Translations under genes and position numbers: made by a program
Notes under the pieces: generated by a model
Told to the model about the DNA's origin: nothing
Seen by the model: only the letters and a program-made list of their open reading frames with translations
Database searches by the model: none
DNA from: Candidatus Harrisonbacteria bacterium
GTDB lineage: Bacteria > Patescibacteriota > Minisyncoccia > UBA6257 > 1-14-0-10-40-38
Assembly (NCBI GenBank): GCA_023245035.1
Contig: JAHFLD010000001.1
Coordinates: 83,285 to 147,284 of the forward strand
Direction: 5' to 3'
DNA length: 64,000 nucleotides
Shown: in pieces, positions 9,246 to 17,685 of the stretch
How the letters are laid out: the number at the start of each line of letters is the position of its first letter
Position numbering within the stretch: the first letter of the stretch is position 1

Positions 9246-10123
9246 ACCATCTCCAATCTTATCTAACATTTCTCAAACAGTTTCTTCGGCCAATGCGTCC
9301 GCTTAAAATCGTGATTGATTGTTCGGATGGTGTTGCGGGTGAAATCTTAAAAAAACTTTTTACGGAAGACGGGAATCCGGAAGTTATTTTAATTAACGCC
9401 GAACCCAATCCCGATTTTCCGGCGCACGGCCCCAATCCGCTTGTCCGTGGGGCGATGCGCGAAATTGCCGAAGCGGTAAAACAAGAGCAGGCCGACTTTG
9501 GCGCCATTTTTGACGCCGACGGCGATCGTGTTTTTTTTGTAGATAATCACGGCGGAGAAGTTCCCGCCGATGCCGTCTCTAGAATCATGTCCGGCGAAAT
9601 CAAAACGCCGATTCTCGTAACGCCCAACGCCGGCTACCTTATGCGAGATTGGCATGAAGTCCGCGAAGGCCGTATCGGCCACGCCTTTATGAAGCAAACA
9701 TTACGCGAGCAAAATCTGGACTTTGGTTACGAAAGTTCCGGCCACTACTACTTTAAAGATTTTTTCTCTTGCGACTCGGGCATTGTGGCCTTGTTAAAGT
9801 TTCTGAGCGCGATTTCAAGTACCACCTCTCCGCTTCGAAAAACCGTCAAAAGCTTTGGCGTCGTCTATCGCCTCCAAGAAAAAAACTTCCACCTCAAAAA
9901 TTCGGAGCTCGTCGCAAAAAAGCTCGTCCAAATAGAAGCCACCTATACCGGCAAGTCCAAGATTAGCCGTACCGAAGATCTGCGCGTGGCGGGGGACGAC
10001 TGGTGGTTTTCTCTGCATCCTTCGCATACCGAGCCACTCTTGCGCCTTAATCTTGAAGCCAAAGACAAAAAAGTCTTTCAGCAAAAAAAAGCGGAAATTT
10101 TGAGTCTAATCAAATCAGCTTAA
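9242..10123 (+). CDS. phosphomannomutase/phosphoglucomutase, C-terminal fragment (domains II-IV)
   Basis: Metal-binding loop FDADGDR and sugar-binding GYESSGHYYF. In a different frame from 8820..9245, with an ATGA overlap. Together the two ORFs make a normal ~435-aa PMM. Confidence 0.7.
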   Translation: MNHLQSYLTFLKQFLRPMRPLKIVIDCSDGVAGEILKKLFTEDGNPEVILINAEPNPDFPAHGPNPLVRGAMREIAEAVKQEQADFGAIFDADGDRVFFVDNHGGEVPADAVSRIMSGEIKTPILVTPNAGYLMRDWHEVREGRIGHAFMKQTLREQNLDFGYESSGHYYFKDFFSCDSGIVALLKFLSAISSTTSPLRKTVKSFGVVYRLQEKNFHLKNSELVAKKLVQIEATYTGKSKISRTEDLRVAGDDWWFSLHPSHTEPLLRLNLEAKDKKVFQQKKAEILSLIKSA

Positions 10124-10266
10124 ATCCCGCTGCCATCTTTTCCTTTCTGTACCACACCCGCCTCTGGAGATAAGGTCGGAATCCGGACTCTGACCTAGAT
10201 CCGGCGCAGCTGCTCATTATTGGCGCTTTCTGTAAAAACCCCTATTTTAAAGGGTTTTCGCAGCTA

Positions 10267-10296
10267 TTGACAAGTAAGCTTCATATATAGTACAAT
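10267..10296 (+). promoter_or_regulatory. near-consensus sigma-70-type promoter (TTGACA - 18 nt - TACAAT)
   Basis: ttgaca at 10267-10272 and tacaat at 10291-10296, in a long non-coding stretch upstream of the GC-rich orphan ORF. Confidence 0.4.
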
Positions 10297-10385
10297 AGCT
10301 AAGTTAGTTGAGCTCCTTAAAAATCACAAAAAACCGAGTTTCTTTACCGTGGCTCGCGCCACGGGAACTCTGACTTGTCGATTTA

Positions 10386-11192
10386 TTGGCTAGCTCAAAT
10401 CCGCTAGTACCGGATTTCACCGCGAAAGGACTCTCTACGGCCGCTGATACCGGCATCGAAACGAACGTCTGGAAGCGCTTCTTTGATCTGATTGCAATGA
10501 TCATGAAGCTCGTCCGCGACGGCAAGCGCGAACTGGAAGATGTTTGCGACGCGATCCAGCTCATCCGCGATCGCGCGGATTTTGCCACAGCCTTCAAGGC
10601 CTTCCTCGCCTCCCGCGCCCTTGGCGCGAAGCCCGAGGCAACTCCTTCTGCAGGTTTTACCTCCATCTGGAGGCAGGTCTACGCCAAGCTCGGTGTAACA
10701 GCCGACTTCTCGGGGCTCACGATCGAAGACCGCCCCGGATACTGGCCGATTGTGGTCCTTACTGGCATGACCCCGCAAAAGATCATGCAGGCCATTAGGG
10801 AGGCGAACCTCTTCCAAACACGGCAGTACGCTCCCGATCTTGATATTGCTGTCATGGAGAACGACCGCGACCCCAAGACTGGATCCTACGTCGTCTACGT
10901 CAAGGCAACTCAAGAAGCCGATCCCGAGCTCAAGAATCTCTCGGCAAACGAGCTGAAAGATCGAAAGATTCAAGGCATCACGATCCTAGAGCGCATCCTC
11001 CTTGAGGTCTTCTACTTCATCCTCTCAGGCGGGAAACATCTCGACCCCATAACCGTGACCTTTTGCACCGGTTCGCGGGACTCCGGCGGCCATGTACCGA
11101 GCACGGGCTGGCTCAATCACACGGTCCGCGTCTATTACTGCTTTTCCGGCCTTCGGTATGATGGTGTTCGTGCTCGTGCAGTAGTTTCGTAG
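10386..11192 (+). CDS. hypothetical protein encoded in a compositionally atypical (GC-rich, high GC3) segment
   Basis: ORF of up to 268 aa (TTG at 10386; first ATG at 10497). No family recognised. Has its own upstream promoter and a terminator directly after the stop. A 189-aa ORF overlaps it on the opposite strand, as expected for a GC-rich shadow. Confidence 0.45.
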   Translation: MASSNPLVPDFTAKGLSTAADTGIETNVWKRFFDLIAMIMKLVRDGKRELEDVCDAIQLIRDRADFATAFKAFLASRALGAKPEATPSAGFTSIWRQVYAKLGVTADFSGLTIEDRPGYWPIVVLTGMTPQKIMQAIREANLFQTRQYAPDLDIAVMENDRDPKTGSYVVYVKATQEADPELKNLSANELKDRKIQGITILERILLEVFYFILSGGKHLDPITVTFCTGSRDSGGHVPSTGWLNHTVRVYYCFSGLRYDGVRARAVVS

Positions 11193-11214
11193 CCCTTCGT
11201 TCTTTTTCACTTAC

Positions 11215-11243
11215 GCCCCACACAAATGTGTGGGGCGTTTATA
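11215..11243 (+). terminator. rho-independent terminator
   Basis: gccccacac aaat gtgtggggc (9-bp GC-rich stem, 4-nt loop) followed by tttatatt, 23 nt after the stop of the 10386..11192 ORF. Confidence 0.6.
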
Positions 11244-11253
11244 TTCGTCACCA

Positions 11254-11433
11254 TTTCGCATCATTTGCGTGTGTCTTTCCGCGCTTATTCGCATCGCCAA
11301 ACCCTAAACCCTGAATCTTATTCGTGCTTATATTACGCTTTCGCATCATTAGCGTGCACTCTTCTGTATTTTTTCGCATCGCCATTGTATTCCAGTACTT
11401 ATTCGTATTTTCGTAATAATTCGTAATTTCGTA
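11254..11433. repeat. degenerate ~85-bp tandem duplication carrying TTCGCATC and TTCGTA iteron-like motifs
   Basis: Motif tttcgcatcattNgcgtg at 11254 and 11339. Motif ttcgcatcgcca at 11288 and 11373. Motif attcgt at 11320 and 11401. TTCGTA occurs four times between 11402 and 11433 with 8/10/8-nt spacing. AT-rich, between convergent genes. Confidence 0.5.
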
Positions 11434-11437
11434 GTTT

Positions 11438-12001
11438 CTAGAATAACGTCGCCGGGAAAATCACCTCCCTCCAAGTAACCGCCGCCTTTTCGTGAACCCC
11501 GGTAATCCGATTCGGCGCCTTCAAAAATCCCTGCTTCTTTCCCAAGTCATAGAGTTCTTTGGTGATTTTTACGTCGTTCAAGCAATAATTTTTCAACTCC
11601 TCCATATTCCCGTCGCGATACAACTCAATCGCTTCCAAGCTGTGGTGGGTTTTGCTCATACCCAGATTTACCTTGCCCAAATCATCCAGCCCGATCTTCC
11701 GCCCAACAGCCAGCTCCACGTCTTCGCAAATATCCAAAGCCGCGAGTGCCTTGGTATTAAAAGAAAAATGCTTCTGCAGTACCGGCAAATCAAATCGATT
11801 AATAGTGTGCCCGATTACCAGTCCCGCCCCCTTAAAAAGTTCCTCAACCTTGTCTAACTCGTGCTCGGTAAAGCACCAGTACTTATCCTGATTGTAGGAA
11901 TAAACGCCGACCACCGAAACTTGGAGCGCCGCGATGTTCCGTTCGCCGCCAACCTCGCGAAAGCTGTTTTTAGTTTCAATATCAAAGACGAGCTTATCCA
12001 T
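11438..12001 (-). CDS. DEDDy-type 3'-5' exonuclease-like protein (RNase H fold)
   Basis: Exo I motif (LVFDIETKN), Exo II-like (GHTINRFDLPVL) and Exo III-like (YCLNDVKITKELY). Start placed at the internal Met (MDKLVFDIE). The longer ORF to 12103 adds an Arg/Pro-rich extension of unlikely reality. Confidence 0.6.
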   Translation of the reverse strand: MDKLVFDIETKNSFREVGGERNIAALQVSVVGVYSYNQDKYWCFTEHELDKVEELFKGAGLVIGHTINRFDLPVLQKHFSFNTKALAALDICEDVELAVGRKIGLDDLGKVNLGMSKTHHSLEAIELYRDGNMEELKNYCLNDVKITKELYDLGKKQGFLKAPNRITGVHEKAAVTWREVIFPATLF

Positions 12002-12032
12002 AATAGATATAACTTTCGCGGCGGAACTTATT

Positions 12033-12530
12033 CTATCTCTTGTTGATGTGCTTGTCGGCGACACTGGACGCCGCGTAACTCTCCGGCTTGGTCTTGGCCT
12101 CAAAGTTATTGGCCCGAATCATGTTAACCACCTCTTGAATCATGGCCTTGGTCTTGCCAGTTTCGCCAACATCCACGTGAATCTCAAAATCAAATTTAGG
12201 CAGAATGCCAAAATCTTTCGCCACCGCCAAAAAATCGCGCGCCACTTCAAGCGAACTCAAAACCTCATTTACGATTCGCTCGCGAATGGTATGGAAGCCC
12301 TGTCGCGGCTTAAATCTCCGCCAAAAATATCGCCCGCCGTTGCCTACGCGGTGAATCACGATCGCGGTCACAAAATCACTCACTCGCCCCTGAACCGCCT
12401 GCGAATCGGTGCCAATAGTCACCTTGTAAGTCCGCTTATCGTCGGCGCGGATAAAATCAAGCATCGCCTGGACGACGTCTCGTGTTTTTAACTGCCCGCC
12501 TTTGGAATCGTTAAAAATAAAGCCAGTCAT
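12033..12530 (-). CDS. DUF458/YkuK-family RNase H-like protein
   Basis: KVTIGTDSQ motif and the length (165 aa) are typical of the YkuK/COG1978 family. Encoded 30 nt upstream of the exonuclease gene on the same strand. Confidence 0.55.
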   Translation of the reverse strand: MTGFIFNDSKGGQLKTRDVVQAMLDFIRADDKRTYKVTIGTDSQAVQGRVSDFVTAIVIHRVGNGGRYFWRRFKPRQGFHTIRERIVNEVLSSLEVARDFLAVAKDFGILPKFDFEIHVDVGETGKTKAMIQEVVNMIRANNFEAKTKPESYAASSVADKHINKR

Positions 12531-12759
12531 GTTCGTTTAGCCTAGTGTCTTCATCGGACTTTGTCAAAAAATTAGACCTATCGCATAATAATTTTCGAGG
12601 TATCTTTCCTAAATTTCGAGCGAGACGAAGCGGAAATTTTTCAGCATATATGGAATATCTGTTGAAAAAAATCGGCAAAGTCGGAGCCGAAATTGAGGAC
12701 AAAGAGCCGAAGGGTTGTTGTGCGGGAGGTCTATTCTCAGTTATATATTGAAGCGACAA

Positions 12760-13956
12760 ATGCATTATAAAATCAAAAATTCAATCTATCTAGATTACGC
12801 CGCCTCAACCCCTCTCGCCCTAGAGGTGGCTAAGGCCATGGATGGTTGTCGGTCCAACTTTGGCAATCCCGGGTCTTTGCATCTCCTGGGTCAACGTGCC
12901 ATCTCCTTGCTCGATGAGGCGCGTCAAACCATCGCCCAAAACCTCGGCGCCAATTTTAACGAAATTATTTTCACCGGATCGGCAACCGAGGCCAACAATC
13001 TGGCGCTCCGCGGCGCGGTCAAGCTTTTCCGCCAGAAATTTCCCAAAGTCAAACCGCATCTTATAGTTTCTTCTCTTGAACACGAATCAGTCCTCGCAAC
13101 CGCTAAAGATTTGGCGACTGAAGGAGTGGGTCTCACAATTTTGGGCGTCTCGCGAGAGGGAGTTGTTAATCTCGAGGAGCTTTTACTCGCGCTCCGGCCA
13201 AATACGGTCCTGGTTTCCATTATGCACGCCAACAACGAAACCGGCGTCATCCAGCCATTGTCTAAAATCGCGGAGATTATTGAGCAATTTCGCCAAGACC
13301 ACAAAAAAACAAAACACGGCGAAAATCGTTATCCCTTATTGCACACCGACGCCGCGCAAAGCCTGCAATTTATCAAGTACGATCTAAAAAATCTTGGCGT
13401 TGATTTGCTGACCATCTCGGCCCAAAAAATCTACGGCCCCAAGGGCGTCGGCGCGCTCTATGTAAAAAGAAAGAAGTTAAACCCAGATATTTTAAGTCCG
13501 GTTATAACCGGCGGGGGACAAGAATATGGCCTCCGTTCCGGCACCGAAAATATTTCCGGCATTGTCGGCTTTGCCCGCGCCATAAATCTCGCGGCCAAAT
13601 TGCGAGCAACCGCGACCAAGCGCCTGACCAAACTCCGTCTTGAATTTGAGTCGGGGCTTAAATCTTTACCGCGCGAAGTGACGATTCATTCGGAGCAAGC
13701 CCCGCGCTTGCCACACATCGTGAGTTTTCGTCTGCCGGGTGTCAGCAACGAAAAAGCGCTCATTAAACTTGATCAAGCTGGCATCTGCTTGGCCACCGGA
13801 CCGGCCTGCTCCAGCCGATCGCACGCCCCATCGCATGTCTTGCTGGCCATGGGCCTTACCGAGCAGGCGGCTAAAGAAAGTTTACGCGCAAGTTTCGGAC
13901 GCGACACCGACATCCAGGCAGTCCAAGCAACCCTCCAAGTCATCGGTCGGTTATAA
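12760..13956 (+). CDS. cysteine desulfurase (class V aminotransferase, NifS/IscS family)
   Basis: IYLDYAASTP, the PLP-lysine region (TISAQKIYGPKGVGALYV) and the catalytic Cys loop (ATGPACSSRSHAPSHVL). Start at the internal ATG of the 12715 ORF. Confidence 0.85.
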   Translation: MHYKIKNSIYLDYAASTPLALEVAKAMDGCRSNFGNPGSLHLLGQRAISLLDEARQTIAQNLGANFNEIIFTGSATEANNLALRGAVKLFRQKFPKVKPHLIVSSLEHESVLATAKDLATEGVGLTILGVSREGVVNLEELLLALRPNTVLVSIMHANNETGVIQPLSKIAEIIEQFRQDHKKTKHGENRYPLLHTDAAQSLQFIKYDLKNLGVDLLTISAQKIYGPKGVGALYVKRKKLNPDILSPVITGGGQEYGLRSGTENISGIVGFARAINLAAKLRATATKRLTKLRLEFESGLKSLPREVTIHSEQAPRLPHIVSFRLPGVSNEKALIKLDQAGICLATGPACSSRSHAPSHVLLAMGLTEQAAKESLRASFGRDTDIQAVQATLQVIGRL

Positions 13957-13979
13957 AAAAGAATGAACAAATCAAAAAC

Positions 13980-15230
13980 ATGCTAAAAATTAATCAAAAT
14001 TTCAAAAAAAACCTCTACTTCACGACAAGTGTGCTCTTGATGGGTTTTCTGCTTGGCATTCTAAGCCATGGCCCCGCGGCACAAGCAAGTTTTCTGGATC
14101 GCATTTTTGGGCGCTCGCCAAATACTGGCCAAATATTGACGCCATCGCCAATTATCAAATACGAGTCCCGGATCGACTATGAAACGGCGATTGTAAAAGC
14201 AGTCGAGGAGAGCGCGCCGGCTGTTATCTCCATAATCATCAGCAAGGATCTTCCGGTTATCGAGAATTGTCCATACGATCCGTTTTCCAATATCCCGCCA
14301 GAATTTCGCGATTTTTTTGGCGGCGGTTTTTCTTTTAATCGTCCATGTCAGAAGGGGACTAAGCGTCAGGAAATTGGCGGCGGCTCGGGCTTTATAGTTT
14401 CGCCTGATGGGCTGATTTTGACCAATAAGCACGTTGTCTCTGATAAAGAAGCTGAATACACCATTCTGGCCAATGATGGTAAAAAATACGCCGCCAAAGT
14501 TCTCGCCCGCGATCCGGTCCAAGATTTGGCCCTGGTCAAATTCGTCAATCCACCTGCTAATCTTAAAAGTGTCAGACTAGGCAATTCAGAAAGTCTCAAA
14601 CTCGGCCAAACCGTCATTGCCATCGGTAATGCTCTCGGTGAATTTAGGAATACGGTCTCCCAAGGAATAGTCTCCGGCCTTTCCCGCAATATCACGGCCA
14701 ACGGCGGTGGGTCTAGTGAAAGAATCGAGGGTTTGATTCAAACCGACGCGGCTATCAACCCGGGCAATTCTGGCGGTCCGCTTCTTAATTTGCACGGAGA
14801 GGTGATTGGTATCAACACTGCCGTCGCCGAGGGGGCGCAAAATATCGGATTCGCGATTCCCATTAATAAGGCCAAGCACGATATTGACTCAGTTAAATCA
14901 ACTGGAAGCATTTCAGCGCCTTATCTCGGCGTCCGCTATATCGAAATCACTCCAGAGTTGGCTGAAAAGGAAAAACTTCCCGCATCCACGGGCGTCATAG
15001 TTCGCGGGAATTCCGATGGTCCTGGCGTAATTCCAGATTCTCCAGCCGGAAAAGCCGGCATTTTGGCGGAAGATATAATTTTGGAAGTTAACGGCGAAAA
15101 AATATCCGCCGAAACCTCGCTCTCAAATCTGGTCCAAAAATATCAACCCGGGCAAACAATCGTCATTAAATTAAACCGGCAAAAGCAAAACCTGCAAATC
15201 AGAGTTGTCTTAGGCGCCCACCCGGAATAA
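13980..15230 (+). CDS. htrA: HtrA/DegP-family serine protease (trypsin-like domain plus PDZ)
   Basis: N-terminal membrane anchor. Catalytic His region (GSGFIVSPDGLILTNKHVV), Ser region (GNSGGPLLN) and a C-terminal PDZ domain. Confidence 0.85.
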   Translation: MLKINQNFKKNLYFTTSVLLMGFLLGILSHGPAAQASFLDRIFGRSPNTGQILTPSPIIKYESRIDYETAIVKAVEESAPAVISIIISKDLPVIENCPYDPFSNIPPEFRDFFGGGFSFNRPCQKGTKRQEIGGGSGFIVSPDGLILTNKHVVSDKEAEYTILANDGKKYAAKVLARDPVQDLALVKFVNPPANLKSVRLGNSESLKLGQTVIAIGNALGEFRNTVSQGIVSGLSRNITANGGGSSERIEGLIQTDAAINPGNSGGPLLNLHGEVIGINTAVAEGAQNIGFAIPINKAKHDIDSVKSTGSISAPYLGVRYIEITPELAEKEKLPASTGVIVRGNSDGPGVIPDSPAGKAGILAEDIILEVNGEKISAETSLSNLVQKYQPGQTIVIKLNRQKQNLQIRVVLGAHPE

Positions 15231-15300
15231 TCTTCGCCATGCCGGCGGGTGGGGATAACCATACGATTGAGCTCTTGGCAATAGAGAGTACAATCAGATA

Positions 15301-15594
15301 ATGGAACTAAATCGCAAAAGTTTTTGGATCGCCATGGTCGTGGTTTTTTTGTTATGCGTAGCTCTCCTCTATGTGTTCGTGGTTAAACAACGAGAAGCGG
15401 CTAAAGTTGCCGGATTACAAAAAGAAGTCGGAAAGCAGGCTGAACAATTTAAAGCGGCGCTCCAAAAAGCGCAACAGCAAACCGAAGTCAGCTTACCCTC
15501 CACCAATCCTCTGGGCAACGTCGTCCCCAAGGTCAGTCCGCTAGATAAGGTTAATCCCTTTAAAAACAATGCTTACCAAAATCCCTTTGAGTAA
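15301..15594 (+). CDS. small membrane-anchored coiled-coil protein, unknown function
   Basis: One TM segment (FWIAMVVVFLLCVALLYVFVV) followed by a charged helix. 97 aa. Overlaps the next gene by 26 nt. Confidence 0.4.
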   Translation: MELNRKSFWIAMVVVFLLCVALLYVFVVKQREAAKVAGLQKEVGKQAEQFKAALQKAQQQTEVSLPSTNPLGNVVPKVSPLDKVNPFKNNAYQNPFE

Positions 15595-17554
15595 ACGCTG
15601 GCTAATCGCCGCGCCGGCGATTATCGCCGCCTTGCTGATTGCCGGAAGCGCCTCGGCCCTTTCGGTTTTTGATATTGAGTTTCCCATCGCTGAACTCGGC
15701 AATTGTGCCGATAAAACCGCCTGCAAAGCCTATTGCGCCGATCCGGAAAACCAAACTGCTTGCCTTGAATTCGCCAATAAATTTGGCATCAACCAGTCGT
15801 CAGCGGGACCAAAAACAACCGTTCGCGACGAGGGTAATCAGGGCGGTGGCATTAATGTCGCGAAAGCCAAAGCGGCGATTGCCGAAGACGGCGGCCCCGG
15901 GCAATGCGGCTCTTTTGAGAAGTGCGGCGAATTTTGCGGGCAGGCCGTGAACGCGCAAACTTGCGCGGAATATGGCACGAAGCACGATTTATTTAATGGT
16001 CAGCAAAAGGAAGAAGCTAGGAAGGTCGGAGAGGCTCTTAGGGGTGGCGCCAAACTTCCCGGCGGCTGTCGTGACCGCGAGTCTTGCGAAAAAACCTGTT
16101 CGGATCCGTCAACACTCGCCATCGCCAAAGAATGTATTCAATTTGCTCGTGCCGCCAATTTGGAGAATGCCGGCGATTTAGATAAAGCTGAAAAATCCTT
16201 AAACTCTCTGGATAGCCGGGACAATTCTATCGGCAATGACTTCCGCAAGTGTCAAAAACCCAAAGACGAGGCCACCTTAAAAAAATGTATTGATTTTGCG
16301 GAAAAAAACGGCTTTATATCCCCGGAAGAAGCTGCTTTGGTCAGAAAAACCGGTGGCAAAGGTCCGGGTGGTTGTTTTGGTGAAGAATGCCGAACCTATT
16401 GCAACGGCGAAGATCACGCCGAGGAATGTCAGCGTTTTGCCGAAGAAAATGGCCTGGTGACTGCGGAGCAGAAACAACAACGCGAAGAAGGCAAGCAAGC
16501 CATCCGGAATAGCTTGCAGAATGCGCCCGCCGACGTTAAAGAATGCCTAACCGGCACCGTTGGAGCCGAAAAAATACAAGGACTCTTATCAGGCAACGGC
16601 CAACCAACCCAAAGTCTGGGTAGCGCCATCCGTCAGTGTTTTGAATCCAGCGCTAAGGCCATGAGAGAGCGGAACGATGAATTTAATCAGCCAGACAACG
16701 AGGATCAAAAACCAGCCAATTTTGAAAACAACAACCAGGGCCAGTCTGCCGGCGACCAAAAAAGTCGCGGCTTCGGAAATTCCGGCCCGGGGCGAAACTT
16801 TCCGCCATGCGCCTCCGAAGATGAGTGTCAGGCAATGAGAAAAAAAATGGAATCAGAAAATGGGGGCGAGGGGAGTCAGTTTCCAACCCGGAATCCCGGA
16901 AATTTTTTAAGGCCAGGCAATGAAAACAGTGATCAGAGTCAAGGCGACGCCATGATGAAGGGTAATGGCTCGGTGCCAAAAATGAGGCCGCGATTTATGG
17001 GTCAGCCTGGTAAGTTGGATGATTTAAATCCGGAGGGTCAGTTTAACCAAGGATCAAATCGCTTTCCGGGAATGGAACGAGAGGAGATGATGAAAAAAGA
17101 AGAATCAATGCCAAGAGTGGAAATGATGAAGGGTCAAAATCAAAATTTTCCCGGACAATCGCAATTTGGACCAGACCAGCAAGGTCAGATGCCGAGGCCA
17201 ATGTCCGGACCGGGACAATCCTTTGGGCCGAACCAGCCATTTCCTACAAACCCCGATCGACAATTTTCGGGGCAATCATCCGGTATGGGTAACTTTAATG
17301 GTCAGCCAATGATGGGGCCACCAGGTGGAGAAGGTAATTTTTCTTCGGGTAATTCTGGCGGAATGATGTCTCCGCCAATGGGTGGCTCCTTTCCTATGAG
17401 CGGACCTTCCGGCGGGTCAATGCCAAGCGCGCCTTCCGGAGGAATGCCTCCGCCACCTGGCTCCGGCAGTATGCCGCCACCGCCCTCCGGCGCCCTTCCT
17501 ACCAAGAATTTTTTCGGCTTTCTTCTCGAGCCATTTCTTCAATTATTTCAGTAA
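15569..17554 (+). CDS. secreted protein with about 6 tandem four-cysteine modules followed by a ~300-aa Met/Gly/Pro/Gln/Asn-rich low-complexity region
   Basis: Signal peptide. Repeated C-x5-C-x3-C-x8-11-C-x2-FA modules (for example CADKTACKAYCADPENQTACLEFANKFG and CFGEECRTYCNGEDHAEECQRFAEENG). The C-terminus is full of MxxM-like and PPPP runs, with no recognisable fold. Confidence 0.6.
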   Translation: MLTKIPLSKRWLIAAPAIIAALLIAGSASALSVFDIEFPIAELGNCADKTACKAYCADPENQTACLEFANKFGINQSSAGPKTTVRDEGNQGGGINVAKAKAAIAEDGGPGQCGSFEKCGEFCGQAVNAQTCAEYGTKHDLFNGQQKEEARKVGEALRGGAKLPGGCRDRESCEKTCSDPSTLAIAKECIQFARAANLENAGDLDKAEKSLNSLDSRDNSIGNDFRKCQKPKDEATLKKCIDFAEKNGFISPEEAALVRKTGGKGPGGCFGEECRTYCNGEDHAEECQRFAEENGLVTAEQKQQREEGKQAIRNSLQNAPADVKECLTGTVGAEKIQGLLSGNGQPTQSLGSAIRQCFESSAKAMRERNDEFNQPDNEDQKPANFENNNQGQSAGDQKSRGFGNSGPGRNFPPCASEDECQAMRKKMESENGGEGSQFPTRNPGNFLRPGNENSDQSQGDAMMKGNGSVPKMRPRFMGQPGKLDDLNPEGQFNQGSNRFPGMEREEMMKKEESMPRVEMMKGQNQNFPGQSQFGPDQQGQMPRPMSGPGQSFGPNQPFPTNPDRQFSGQSSGMGNFNGQPMMGPPGGEGNFSSGNSGGMMSPPMGGSFPMSGPSGGSMPSAPSGGMPPPPGSGSMPPPPSGALPTKNFFGFLLEPFLQLFQ

Positions 17555-17578
17555 ATCAGGGCTTGTAATCCCTCTATC

Positions 17579-17610
17579 AAAACCCCTCCAACGAGGGGTT
17601 TTGAATTTTG
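17579..17610 (+). terminator. rho-independent terminator
   Basis: aaaacccctc caac gaggggtttt followed by gaattttg, just after the 15569..17554 stop. Confidence 0.6.
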
Positions 17611-17685
17611 CCGAGTTGACAGGAAGAGATAAATGCTTAAATTTGAAATTTCAGTTAAGCCGTGCTATTATCATAAAAAATCACC

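Noticed and set aside
10404-10973. 189-aa minus-strand ORF inside the GC-rich segment
   Set aside because: A shadow ORF, as expected in GC-rich DNA. The plus-strand ORF is the one bracketed by a promoter and a terminator.
17302-17505. Gly/Pro-rich 67-aa minus-strand ORF
   Set aside because: Antisense translation of the low-complexity Met/Gly/Pro-rich coding region.
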